Source of the DNA: an uncultured Desulfovibrionaceae bacterium
GTDB lineage: Bacteria > Desulfobacterota > Desulfovibrionia > Desulfovibrionales > Desulfovibrionaceae
Assembly (NCBI GenBank): GCA_964517355.1
Contig: CAZFCK010000001.1
Location: forward strand, 1-59,805
Direction: 5' to 3'
DNA length: 59,805 nucleotides
Shown here: in pieces, positions 33,527 through 42,530 of the stretch
Layout: the number at the start of each line of letters is the position of its first letter
How positions within the stretch are numbered: position 1 is the first letter of the stretch
Position numbers and translations under genes: made by a program
The notes under the pieces: model-generated
What the model was told of the DNA's origin: nothing
The model's database searches: none
Seen by the model: only the letters and a program-made list of their open reading frames with translations

Positions 33527-35356
33527 CTAGCGAATTTCACAGGTGGAGTGCCGCGGCAGCAAAATCCGGAATCTGGCGCCCCCTTTGGCTGGGGTATCCA
33601 CCGTAATTGTGCCGCCGTGTTGTCCCACAATGATGGAATGAGCAATTGCCAATCCTTGTCCACTCCCTTTGCCAACGTCTTTTGTTGTGAAAAAGGGATC
33701 GAATATTTTATCCCGCAGTGATTCGGGCACCCCCGGGCCGCTGTCCTGGACGCTGACTATCACATGGTCAGCGTCGCTGCTGGTGGATACTTCGATGCTG
33801 GCGCGTTTGCCGTGTGCCGTTGACGCTGCCTCTTCGTTGGCTTGGGCCGCGTTGAGCAGGACGTTGAGCAATACCTGGCCCAGTTCGCCCCCCCATGCCG
33901 GAACGAGGGGCAAATCTTTTTCAAGATCCAAAACGACTTTGGAGTGGTGTTTCCATTCGTTTGTCCCGACAGTCACGGCGTTGCGGATAATGCTGTTCAC
34001 ATCGACCAGATCCATGGGGAGTCCCGCCATGCGGCCGGGGTGGGAGAGTTGCTTCATCGCCTGTACGATGGCGGCGATCTGTTCGATGCCTTTGCTGGAA
34101 TTATCCAAAGCCAAAGGAATTTCGTGCAAAAGATAATCCAGATCCATGTTTTTTTCCATCATCGCCAAAGACGCCGCCGCATGTTTATGATCCAAGCTTT
34201 CGGTGGCTTCATATAATCCGAAGCGTAACTCGCGATATTTTAGCACAAGTTTCGCGATGTCGGAAAACGCATCTTGTAAAAATTTAATATTGAAACCTAT
34301 ATAATGAATAGGCGTATTTATCTCGTGCGCCATTCCGGCAGCCAGGCGGCCGATGGATTGCATCTTCTGCTCGTGGGCCTGCCGGAGTTCCTGGGTTCTG
34401 GCGCTGGTGATGTCGCGGGCCAGCAACAAGACGCTGCCGCCTTGCACAGGGTAAAACGTGAGACCGAGCAGGCCGTCATCGCCTTTGGGGCGCACATAAT
34501 GCAGATCGTCAAGGCGTTGCGGTTCTGAACTGTTGCGGCAGGCGGCCAGGATGTCGCGGACTTGCCTCTTGTTCCAGGTGATATCCAAGGTGTCCAGGGA
34601 GTGGCCTAGGGTGGCGGATTGCTTAAATCCGAAAGCTTGTTGAGCGCTTTCGTTCCAATGCGTGATGCGGTTGTTTTCGTCCACAAGAACGAGAATGGCC
34701 GTGATGGCGGAAAGAATGGCGGCCATGTCGCGATGCGCTTGTTCTAAGGCCTGTTCAGCGGTTTTGCGCGCGGTATCGTTTCGCGCCACTCCAAGAATGC
34801 CTTTGAAATTTCCCGTGCTGTCGTACAAAGGCGTGGTCACGGTCTCCGCCCAGATCACGGAACCGTCCTTGCAACGTAATTGCTGGTTCCATGTTTTCGT
34901 ATGCTTCTGGCTCTCTCCCTTTTTCGGGTTTCTGCGTTCATTCATGGCTTGGACAATACCCGAATGGGAAGCTTCATGCAGTATGTCGAAAAGGGACATG
35001 CCCAGCGCCTCCTCCGGGGTATAGCCGATGAGACGTTCAACTGCCGGGCTGATATACGTATAATGAAAGTGTTCGTCGGTAGTGAAGATGACATCGGCCG
35101 AGTGTTCGGCCAGCAGGCGGTATTTGCGTTCACTCTCCTCCAATCTGCCAACGGGTTGTTTAGTGTACCGGAGGCGTTTTGCGGCTCTTGTTAAGCGAGG
35201 GGGCTGAACATGCGTATCCGGTACCGCGCCTTCTTGGGATCTATGCGGAGCGGAAACGGTTCTTTTGAGCCCACGAGTTTTTCCAAAAGAGGAGGCTGTG
35301 GCCCGTACCGGGCAACGGCGCCGTTTTTGCGCTCGGCGTTTTGAAATGGAATGCAT
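33527..35356 (-). CDS. PAS-domain sensor histidine kinase
   Basis: H-box AAGMAHEINTPIHYI, N/G boxes NVLLNAAQA..DSGPGVP..GSGQGLAIAH, and two PAS modules (LLAEHSADVIFTTDE..). The start is set at the ATG at 35356 (ggggagag SD); the ORF track extends to 35428. Confidence 0.85.
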   Translation of the reverse strand: MHSISKRRAQKRRRCPVRATASSFGKTRGLKRTVSAPHRSQEGAVPDTHVQPPRLTRAAKRLRYTKQPVGRLEESERKYRLLAEHSADVIFTTDEHFHYTYISPAVERLIGYTPEEALGMSLFDILHEASHSGIVQAMNERRNPKKGESQKHTKTWNQQLRCKDGSVIWAETVTTPLYDSTGNFKGILGVARNDTARKTAEQALEQAHRDMAAILSAITAILVLVDENNRITHWNESAQQAFGFKQSATLGHSLDTLDITWNKRQVRDILAACRNSSEPQRLDDLHYVRPKGDDGLLGLTFYPVQGGSVLLLARDITSARTQELRQAHEQKMQSIGRLAAGMAHEINTPIHYIGFNIKFLQDAFSDIAKLVLKYRELRFGLYEATESLDHKHAAASLAMMEKNMDLDYLLHEIPLALDNSSKGIEQIAAIVQAMKQLSHPGRMAGLPMDLVDVNSIIRNAVTVGTNEWKHHSKVVLDLEKDLPLVPAWGGELGQVLLNVLLNAAQANEEAASTAHGKRASIEVSTSSDADHVIVSVQDSGPGVPESLRDKIFDPFFTTKDVGKGSGQGLAIAHSIIVGQHGGTITVDTPAKGGARFRILLPRHSTCEIR

Positions 35357-35623
35357 GGAACTCTCCCCATCCGGCAATTGAAAGTACCTTTGGTGATAAT
35401 ACGCTTTTTGGAAATAGTGTGAAACCATCGAGTTCAGAGTGCGACTACGCGGCCGAGATCGTCATCGAGGGGTGGAAAGGGGCTTTCCAGCGGGAATCCT
35501 GGCGCCGTTGTACCAGTCCATAGGGCGTATAAGGGCTGTTTCTTGGTTTTTCAGGCGAAAAAAGTCCCCACTTTTGGCTGCAAAAGCGGGGACTCTACGC
35601 GCATGTCAATGGCTGTTCAATGA

Positions 35624-36748
35624 TCAGACGCATTCCGTGAGTGTCAGAGCGCTGAATTTCGATTTGATGGATTCAACGCAACGTTCGTATTCTTCCACAA
35701 GACTATCCATGAGTTCACGCACTGAGACGATGCGTTCGATACGATAAGCGTTGCTCCCTGCGAAATTCAACGCGCTGGCCATGATGCCGTGTTTTGCGTT
35801 GACCAGTGCGCGAGTGATGCAATAGGGCGCCTTTTTGCTGTCGCAACCTTTCAGACAATGGAAGGGGCATCCGAACGGCTTTTTTTGCCCCTGTGAGACC
35901 TCGTCGAGAAATTGATTGCGCAGGGCGCGCCCCGGCAGTCCCACAGGGCTCTGGACGATGACCAAATCATCCTTTTTCGCATTGACGTAGGATTGCTTGA
36001 AGTTTGGGTGCGCATCGCATTCATGGGTGGCGACGAAGCGGGTGCCCATTTGCACTCCTGCCGCCCCCAGATTGAGATATTTATGGATATCTTCACCCGT
36101 ATAAACGCCGCCTGCGGCGATGACGGGAATATCTTTGCCCGCGGACAGGGCGAAAGGGCGAACGGCTTCGACTACTGCGGGAACAGTGCGTTCCAGACTG
36201 CAGGTGTCGGTGTCCAGCTCTTCGGGCTTATAGCCGAGATGCCCCCCGGCCATGGGGCCTTCGACCACTATGGCGTCGGGAACCCTGTCATGACGAGAAA
36301 GCCAACGTTTGCAGATGATGCTCGCGGCGCGCACCGAGGACACGATAGGAGCGAGCAGGGGCGTATTCTCCCCTTTGCCGACAAATTTGGGTAATTCCAG
36401 AGGCAGTCCGGCGCCTGAAAAAATGACGTCCACACCTTCTTCCACGGCAACGGCGACCATCTGGGCATAGTTGGTCAGGGCTGTCATGATGTTGACGCCG
36501 AAAATGCCGTCGGTTTTTTCCCGGGTAAGGTTGATCTGTTTGCGAAAGGCGCGTGAATTGGCCTCTACATAGTTTTTGCCGAAATCAGGTTCGTCACACC
36601 CGATGCCCGCAGTGGCAATGACGCCGATGCCTCCGGCATTTGCCACGGCTGCGGCCAGTCCTGAAAGGGAGATGCCGATGCCCATTCCTCCCTGGATGAT
36701 AGGCAAAGAGGCTTTGAGGTTTCCTATGGTAAGACTTGGTAATGACAT
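35624..36748 (-). CDS. NAD(P)H-dependent flavin oxidoreductase (nitronate monooxygenase / FabK-like TIM barrel)
   Basis: LPIIQGGMGIGISLSGLAAAVANAGGIGVIA..VIAAGGVYTGEDI..GAAGVQMGTRFV. The ATG at 36748 has a gagg SD. Confidence 0.82.
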   Translation of the reverse strand: MSLPSLTIGNLKASLPIIQGGMGIGISLSGLAAAVANAGGIGVIATAGIGCDEPDFGKNYVEANSRAFRKQINLTREKTDGIFGVNIMTALTNYAQMVAVAVEEGVDVIFSGAGLPLELPKFVGKGENTPLLAPIVSSVRAASIICKRWLSRHDRVPDAIVVEGPMAGGHLGYKPEELDTDTCSLERTVPAVVEAVRPFALSAGKDIPVIAAGGVYTGEDIHKYLNLGAAGVQMGTRFVATHECDAHPNFKQSYVNAKKDDLVIVQSPVGLPGRALRNQFLDEVSQGQKKPFGCPFHCLKGCDSKKAPYCITRALVNAKHGIMASALNFAGSNAYRIERIVSVRELMDSLVEEYERCVESIKSKFSALTLTECV

Positions 36749-36909
36749 AGTGTGGTTCCTCTTGCGGGCAACACGTCGAACTACATGGCAGCATACCACA
36801 ATGACGTGTACCGCGGTGTAATAAATAGGAAAGTGTGACCATGGTACAGGCGGGTAGCGGGAAGGTCAGCTTCGCTCTTAACCTGCCGTTGTTTTTTTGT
36901 AATTAATGG

Positions 36910-36988
36910 GAGCGGAAAAATACTGCCCGTTCCCGCGGCATTCGCCGCAAGCCCCGCCACTGGCGTGACCTTGATTATAACCCACTGC
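36910..36988 (+). repeat. R3 repeat, about 80 nt
   Basis: gagcggaaaaatactgcccgttcccgcggcattcgccgcaagccccgccactggcgtgaccttgattataacccactgc. Same orientation and similar position (upstream of a minus-strand gene) as 29794-29873. Confidence 0.8.
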
Positions 36989-37555
36989 GGAAATTTATAA
37001 AAAAATACCGCACCGAGTATAATTTTACGGGTTTGTATGCCACGCTGGGGGATCAAGCATGTCTTTGCCCTGGACTTGGTAGCCTATTTCACTATGGATC
37101 GCAAAAGATAATCCTACGTTGCCGAATATTTCCGCGGAATGATCCCCTTGGTTAACATTCTGAAAAAATGAAGAAGTTTTATCCCATCATGCCTGCGGGG
37201 CTTGGTTCTTCCGAATCATTGCAGAATTGTAACGAAAGAGGGAGCATCTCCGCAAGGCCGGAGTGAATCCATGGAGAGGGGCTTGGTGTCGCAACGTGAG
37301 GTCTGACATGGGGCACAAGGTCTGCTCCGGCAGTGAGGGGCTTTCACTTCGTGTTCCCCCTGCTCGTGAGCAACTAACGAAAATGGAAGGAGAGGGGAGG
37401 GGGAGGATTACACGGGGGTCTTGACCTGGAATGATCAATAATCATTTTAAGAAGATCCTCATCAGAGACCCGGGAATCCTAAAAGTTGAAACAAATTTAT
37501 TATTTAAAATGAATAGGTTGTAATGCATGTTTCATTTTTTTTTCAAGAGCCCCCC

Positions 37556-37583
37556 TTGCCATCATGAAAATGATGCGTATATT
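37556..37583 (+). promoter_or_regulatory. Sigma-70-type promoter of groES-groEL
   Basis: TTGCCA, 16 nt, TATATT. Lies immediately upstream of the CIRCE element. Confidence 0.6.
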
Positions 37584-37600
37584 TCGCTCTCGGATTTGTG

Positions 37601-37627
37601 CTAGCACTCTCTGTGTGTGAGTGCTAA
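37601..37627 (+). promoter_or_regulatory. CIRCE operator (HrcA binding site)
   Basis: cTAGCACTC-tctgtgtgt-GAGTGCTAA, against the consensus TTAGCACTC-N9-GAGTGCTAA. Lies 40 nt upstream of the groES ATG. Confidence 0.9.
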
Positions 37628-37666
37628 CAATTTTAAAATAAAACGTACCCTGAAACGGGAGGAACC

Positions 37667-37957
37667 ATGAAACTGAAACCGTTGCATGATCGCGTACTGT
37701 TGAAGCGGCTTGAGGAAGAGGACGTCACCAAAGGTGGCATCATTATCCCTGACAGCGCCAAAGAAAAACCCATCAAGGGTTCCGTTGTTGCTGTGGGTCC
37801 GGGTAAAGCGGGAGATGACGGCAAGGTGCAGCCTTTGAACGTGAAAGAGGGCGACACGGTATTGTATTCCAAATATGCCGGCACCGAAATCAAGGTCGAT
37901 GGCGTTGAACACCTTGTGTTGCGTGAAGACGACATCCTGGCCATCATTGAAGATTAA
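37667..37957 (+). CDS. groES: Co-chaperonin GroES
   Basis: [48 protein letters not shown]. gggagg SD. Confidence 0.98.
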   Translation: MKLKPLHDRVLLKRLEEEDVTKGGIIIPDSAKEKPIKGSVVAVGPGKAGDDGKVQPLNVKEGDTVLYSKYAGTEIKVDGVEHLVLREDDILAIIED

Positions 37958-38006
37958 TTATTTCCGCCAATAAAAGCAAAAGCCGATATACAGGAGGACT
38001 CACCTC

Positions 38007-39647
38007 ATGGCTGCTAAAGAAATTCTTTTCGACGCCAAAGGCCGCGAGCGCTTGAAACGCGGCGTAGACAAACTTGCCAACGCTGTAAAAGTGACTCTTG
38101 GACCCAAGGGCCGCAATGTCGTTATCGATAAAAGCTTTGGTTCCCCCATCATCACGAAAGACGGTGTGACCGTTGCCAAAGAGATCGAGCTGGAAGACAA
38201 GTTCGAGAACATGGGCGCTCAGATGGTCAAGGAAGTTGCCTCCAAGACTTCCGACGTTGCCGGTGACGGCACCACCACCGCCACTATTCTTGCGCAGTCC
38301 GTTTTCAACGAAGGCGTGAAGCTGGTTGCAGCGGGACGCAATCCCATGGCGATCAAACGCGGCATCGACAAAGCCGTTGAGGCCATGGTTGCCGAACTTT
38401 CCAATATCACGAAACCTACCCGCGACCAGAAGGAAATCGCCCAGGTGGGCACCATTTCCGCCAACAACGACGCCACCATCGGCAACATCATCGCCGAAGC
38501 CATGAATAAGGTGGGCAAAGAGGGCGTTATCACCGTGGAAGAGGCCAAAGGCCTTGAGACCACCCTGGACGTGGTTGAAGGCATGCAGTTCGATCGCGGC
38601 TACCTCTCCCCCTACTTTGTGACCGATCCTGAAAAGATGGTTTGCGAGATGGATGAGCCCCTCATCCTGATCAACGAAAAGAAAGTTTCCAATATGAAGG
38701 AACTGCTGCCCGTGCTGGAGCAGGTCGCCAAAATGGGACGCCCCTTGGTGATTATCGCCGAAGACGTGGAAGGCGAGGCTCTGGCCACCCTAGTGGTGAA
38801 CAAACTGCGCGGCACCCTGCAGGTCGTGGCTGTGAAGGCCCCCGGCTTTGGCGATCGCCGCAAGGCCATGCTGCAGGATATCGCCATTCTCACCGGCGGC
38901 ACTTGTGTTTCCGAAGACCTGGGCATCAAGCTTGAGAATTTGACCGCCAAGGATCTGGGCAGCGCCAAGCGCATCGTCATTGACAAGGAAAACACCACCA
39001 TCGTCGACGGCGCTGGTTCCGGTGAAGACATCAAGGCCCGTGTGAAGCAGATCCGCGCTCAGATCGACGAAACCACCAGCGACTACGACCGTGAAAAGCT
39101 GCAGGAGCGTTTGGCCAAAATCGTTGGCGGCGTTGCGGTGATCAATGTCGGCGCTGCTACCGAGACTGAGATGAAGGAGAAAAAGGCCCGCGTGGAAGAC
39201 GCCCTGAACGCTACGCGCGCAGCCGTGGAAGAAGGCATCGTGCCTGGCGGCGGCGTTACTCTGGTGCGTGCGGCCGCGGTGCTCGACAAGCTGGTAGGCA
39301 GCGACGACGATGAAGTGGCGGGCATCAGCCTGGTGCGCCGCGCCGCGGAAGAGCCCCTGCGTATGATTTCTGGAAACGCCGGTTTTGAGGGCGCCATTGT
39401 TCTGGAAAAGGTTCGCGGCGGTAAAGACGGTTTTGGCTTCAACGCCGCCACCGGTGAATATGAAGACCTGATCGCCGCCGGTGTCATCGATCCCAAAAAG
39501 GTGACCCGTATTGCCTTGCAGAATGCGGCCAGCGTGGCCGGTCTGTTGCTGACCACCGAGTGCTCCATCGCTGAAAAGCCTGAAGAAAAGAAAGATATGC
39601 CTCCCATGCCCGGCGGTGGTATGGGCGGTATGGGCGGTATGTACTAA
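38007..39647 (+). CDS. groEL: Chaperonin GroEL
   Basis: [34 protein letters not shown].. and a C-terminal [11 protein letters not shown] tail. Confidence 0.99.
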   Translation: MAAKEILFDAKGRERLKRGVDKLANAVKVTLGPKGRNVVIDKSFGSPIITKDGVTVAKEIELEDKFENMGAQMVKEVASKTSDVAGDGTTTATILAQSVFNEGVKLVAAGRNPMAIKRGIDKAVEAMVAELSNITKPTRDQKEIAQVGTISANNDATIGNIIAEAMNKVGKEGVITVEEAKGLETTLDVVEGMQFDRGYLSPYFVTDPEKMVCEMDEPLILINEKKVSNMKELLPVLEQVAKMGRPLVIIAEDVEGEALATLVVNKLRGTLQVVAVKAPGFGDRRKAMLQDIAILTGGTCVSEDLGIKLENLTAKDLGSAKRIVIDKENTTIVDGAGSGEDIKARVKQIRAQIDETTSDYDREKLQERLAKIVGGVAVINVGAATETEMKEKKARVEDALNATRAAVEEGIVPGGGVTLVRAAAVLDKLVGSDDDEVAGISLVRRAAEEPLRMISGNAGFEGAIVLEKVRGGKDGFGFNAATGEYEDLIAAGVIDPKKVTRIALQNAASVAGLLLTTECSIAEKPEEKKDMPPMPGGGMGGMGGMY

Positions 39648-39677
39648 ATCGTCCGTCCTCGCTCCAGATAGATCTAA

Positions 39678-39713
39678 GAGACCGGGCTGCGTGTCAGCCC
39701 GGTCTTATTTTTT
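39678..39713 (+). terminator. Intrinsic terminator of groESL (first of two)
   Basis: gaccgggctg-cgtgt-cagcccggtc stem-loop followed by ttattttttt. Confidence 0.85.
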
Positions 39714-39730
39714 GGCTTGTCTTGTACAAG

Positions 39731-39777
39731 CGCATCCCGGAAATAAGAGGCTCTTGTTTCCGGGATGCGTATTTTTT
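39731..39777 (+). terminator. Second hairpin plus T-run (tandem terminator)
   Basis: Perfect 13-bp stem cgcatcccggaaa / tttccgggatgcg with a 13-nt loop, then atttttt. Confidence 0.7.
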
Positions 39778-39849
39778 AAAAGAGGTTACTCTGGGCTATA
39801 ACAGCTCTGTTGATGACTCGATGTCCGGGAAGCCGCATCACGAGGTGCG

Positions 39850-40632
39850 TTATAGAATTTTCATAAATAAGTGCTTTTGCCTTTCAAAAAAAGCCGAACC
39901 AAGGATAATGAGCGCCAAGGCAAGGATGAATAGTGTAAAAAGATATGTAAAGTCTGGAATTTTATTGTTTAAATAAATATCACGATAGGCAGTGTTGAAG
40001 AAAACGAGAGGATTACAGATGAATAGTTGTTTTGACCACAAAGGGAGTTTGTGGCTATCCATTACCAGTGACGGCGGATAAAAGACAGCCGAAACATACA
40101 TTAACAATCTAAATACGGGGGAGAGGATTTTGTGAAAATCAGGGAAGTAAATATTGAGTATTGCGAAAAAGAATCCTAATCCTTGTATCAATAGTAATTG
40201 TACAAGCAAGATTGAAGGAAGAATGGGGAGCAATGTGAAGTTTATTTTGGGTGAGATGAATGCTAAAATCAAAAATCCAATGAGCATAAAAAAAGCATTG
40301 ATAAGTATTGGAGCTGTAATAAACAGGGAACATGGAAGATTTGTTTTTTCAATAAAGACCTTGGATCGAGAAAGAGATGTCGTCACATGAGATAGTGATT
40401 TTGTGGTAAATTGTAATGATAATATTCCCAGAAGAAGAAATATATGGTAATGCTCAGTCCCTCTGTGAAAAATGTAGACGAAGACGATATAGAAGACTGC
40501 CATGGTGAGAAGAGGGTCCAGGATAAGCCAAAGATATCCCAAGTACGTGTCAGTTATCGTAGTTTTTGTTTCAATCCACACTTGTAAGAGAAGAATGCGG
40601 TAATGTGTAAAACAATCAATAAACCATTGCAT
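39850..40632 (-). CDS. wzm: ABC-2 type polysaccharide/O-antigen exporter permease
   Basis: TDTYLGYLWLILDPLLTMAVFYIVFVYIF and 6 TM segments. Strongly AT-rich coding sequence. Confidence 0.85.
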   Translation of the reverse strand: MQWFIDCFTHYRILLLQVWIETKTTITDTYLGYLWLILDPLLTMAVFYIVFVYIFHRGTEHYHIFLLLGILSLQFTTKSLSHVTTSLSRSKVFIEKTNLPCSLFITAPILINAFFMLIGFLILAFISPKINFTLLPILPSILLVQLLLIQGLGFFFAILNIYFPDFHKILSPVFRLLMYVSAVFYPPSLVMDSHKLPLWSKQLFICNPLVFFNTAYRDIYLNNKIPDFTYLFTLFILALALIILGSAFFERQKHLFMKIL

Positions 40633-41223
40633 GATGATTAACCCGGTTAGAAATTATGATTATGCAGCAACTTCGCAACGGTCACGAAGAAACGCTCTCG
40701 CCTGATAACTTGCCGGATAACTGGGTGTGTTCGTTATCGAACTGCAGTACATGCCGGGGCGTTCCAAAGTGAAGTGGCAACTCGACTAGCATAGAATTTT
40801 ATAAATTAAAAATTCCATAAGGTAAGCTAATTACTAAAAGGCAAGCCCGGGGAAAGAAACCATTAGCCAGCCGAGAATTCCACAGTGCAAAAGATGCTGG
40901 CTATGCAAGACTGAATCGATTAATTAACCGTATTTATTAGATAACGTTATCGGACATTGCCAAAGGGGGCTATTGCTACACTCCCTTCTCTTCTGCGACA
41001 ATAGCCCGAAGCGGCGCACAGGAGCAACATCCTTCGCCAAATTGACGATAACTATCTGTAATTATGTAATTTTTAAATTTTAACGCTGTAATGGAGTTTT
41101 CATCCGCAGCTCAGCCGCCTGGCGTTCTGATAACTCATCAACCACCGCGATGAATCAGGATAAGAAATGCAAATGCCGCACGCCGTTGTACACCGGTAAC
41201 TGAATGCGTTGAGAGGAGGTTTG

Positions 41224-42456
41224 ATGACTTGGAAGAAGGTTGTTCGCGATGTCGTTCTTGTGTTGTTGATCACCGCCGTTTTTGCTGCGGGGGGTAATAT
41301 GCTTCTCAATGCATATTTCATTGCAGCAACTCGTAAGGCGAAGGAGGTGGCGTCAACCAGGGGGGTATATCGATACCGCGTGGAAAATTATGACGGCGTT
41401 CCCTGGGCGAAGCAGTTTTTCGCGGAATACGACAGCTTGAAAACGCACTTTAAATCATACGTTTGTTACAGGAGAAATCCTTTTTCGGGCCAAACGATAC
41501 ACATCGACAAACAAGGATATCGTTACGATCCGGAAGCCAAGCCTTGTTCCGCGAAAAAAGAGGAGGTGTGGTTTTTCGGAGGCTCCACCACCTGGGGAGT
41601 AGGCGTGAGAGACGCCCTGACCATGCCGCTTTACTTCCAGAAAATGAATCCAAAGTATTGTGTCCGGAATCTTGGGGAGACGGCGTATAGAAGCAGGCAG
41701 GAGCTTGCCTTGTTGATAAATTTGCTTTTTACGGAAAAAAGAAAGCCAGCCGTCGTCGTATTCTATGATGGAGTCAATGACTGCTATTACAGCGTTAAAA
41801 ATAGAGCGGTCAATATGTCTACACCCTATGAGCGGATTTTCAACAAAAGACTTGAAGAGTCAGATAAATATAAAAATATTGAGGAGATGGATAATTATTG
41901 GGCTTTGGTTCGTGACATTGCTCTGCAAGGTGCCAAGTATCTTTTTACGGATGGGTTTCTTGCCTTGTGGCAGAAAATGCGTCTGGGGGCTCATGTCGTT
42001 GAGGATGAAGACCTCGCTGCCGAAAAGACACGGACGTTGAAGGACATTTTTGAAGAATGCCAGCTTCCTGAAAGAGAACGAAAATTGATCCGGTTGGGCG
42101 TCAACGAACAACTCTATGTTTACAATCTTGCATATGAACTCTGCAAAAAACATGGCATTCGGTTGGTGGTATTACTCCAACCCAATGCTTGGATAGGAAA
42201 TCCAAAGCGGGATCACATCATTCAAGATTTATCCGCACGACCTGAGTGTCTGGCCGAGGTCTACAGGCAGTATTATGCGGCATTAAGGGAAAAGGCGGCA
42301 ACACTCCCTTATTTTTATGATATTTCAAATGCTTTTGATTCCGATGAGGCCATCTTGATCGATATGTGCCATACTTCGGCAAATGGAAACAAGATTATCG
42401 CCTCAGAAGTATCTAAAATAATTAATAAAACTGAGCGCGTCAAAGATAAAATGTGA
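41224..42456 (+). CDS. Membrane-anchored SGNH/GDSL-family hydrolase or acyl-esterase
   Basis: aggagg SD. N-terminal TM. SGNH block I FFGGSTTWG, block III YDGVNDC, block V IDMCHTSANG. Confidence 0.7.
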   Translation: MTWKKVVRDVVLVLLITAVFAAGGNMLLNAYFIAATRKAKEVASTRGVYRYRVENYDGVPWAKQFFAEYDSLKTHFKSYVCYRRNPFSGQTIHIDKQGYRYDPEAKPCSAKKEEVWFFGGSTTWGVGVRDALTMPLYFQKMNPKYCVRNLGETAYRSRQELALLINLLFTEKRKPAVVVFYDGVNDCYYSVKNRAVNMSTPYERIFNKRLEESDKYKNIEEMDNYWALVRDIALQGAKYLFTDGFLALWQKMRLGAHVVEDEDLAAEKTRTLKDIFEECQLPERERKLIRLGVNEQLYVYNLAYELCKKHGIRLVVLLQPNAWIGNPKRDHIIQDLSARPECLAEVYRQYYAALREKAATLPYFYDISNAFDSDEAILIDMCHTSANGNKIIASEVSKIINKTERVKDKM

Positions 42457-42530
42457 TAGATATGGTCTCTGATTCGGCTTCAACAGAGTGTGCCCTTGCC
42501 GCTCCGTGGAAGAGTGCGAAAGGCGAAGCC

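Noticed and set aside
37187-37438. 83-aa minus-strand ORF in the gap upstream of groES
   Set aside because: It is Pro/Ser-rich and driven by the polypyrimidine complement of the purine tract. It has no SD and no family resemblance.
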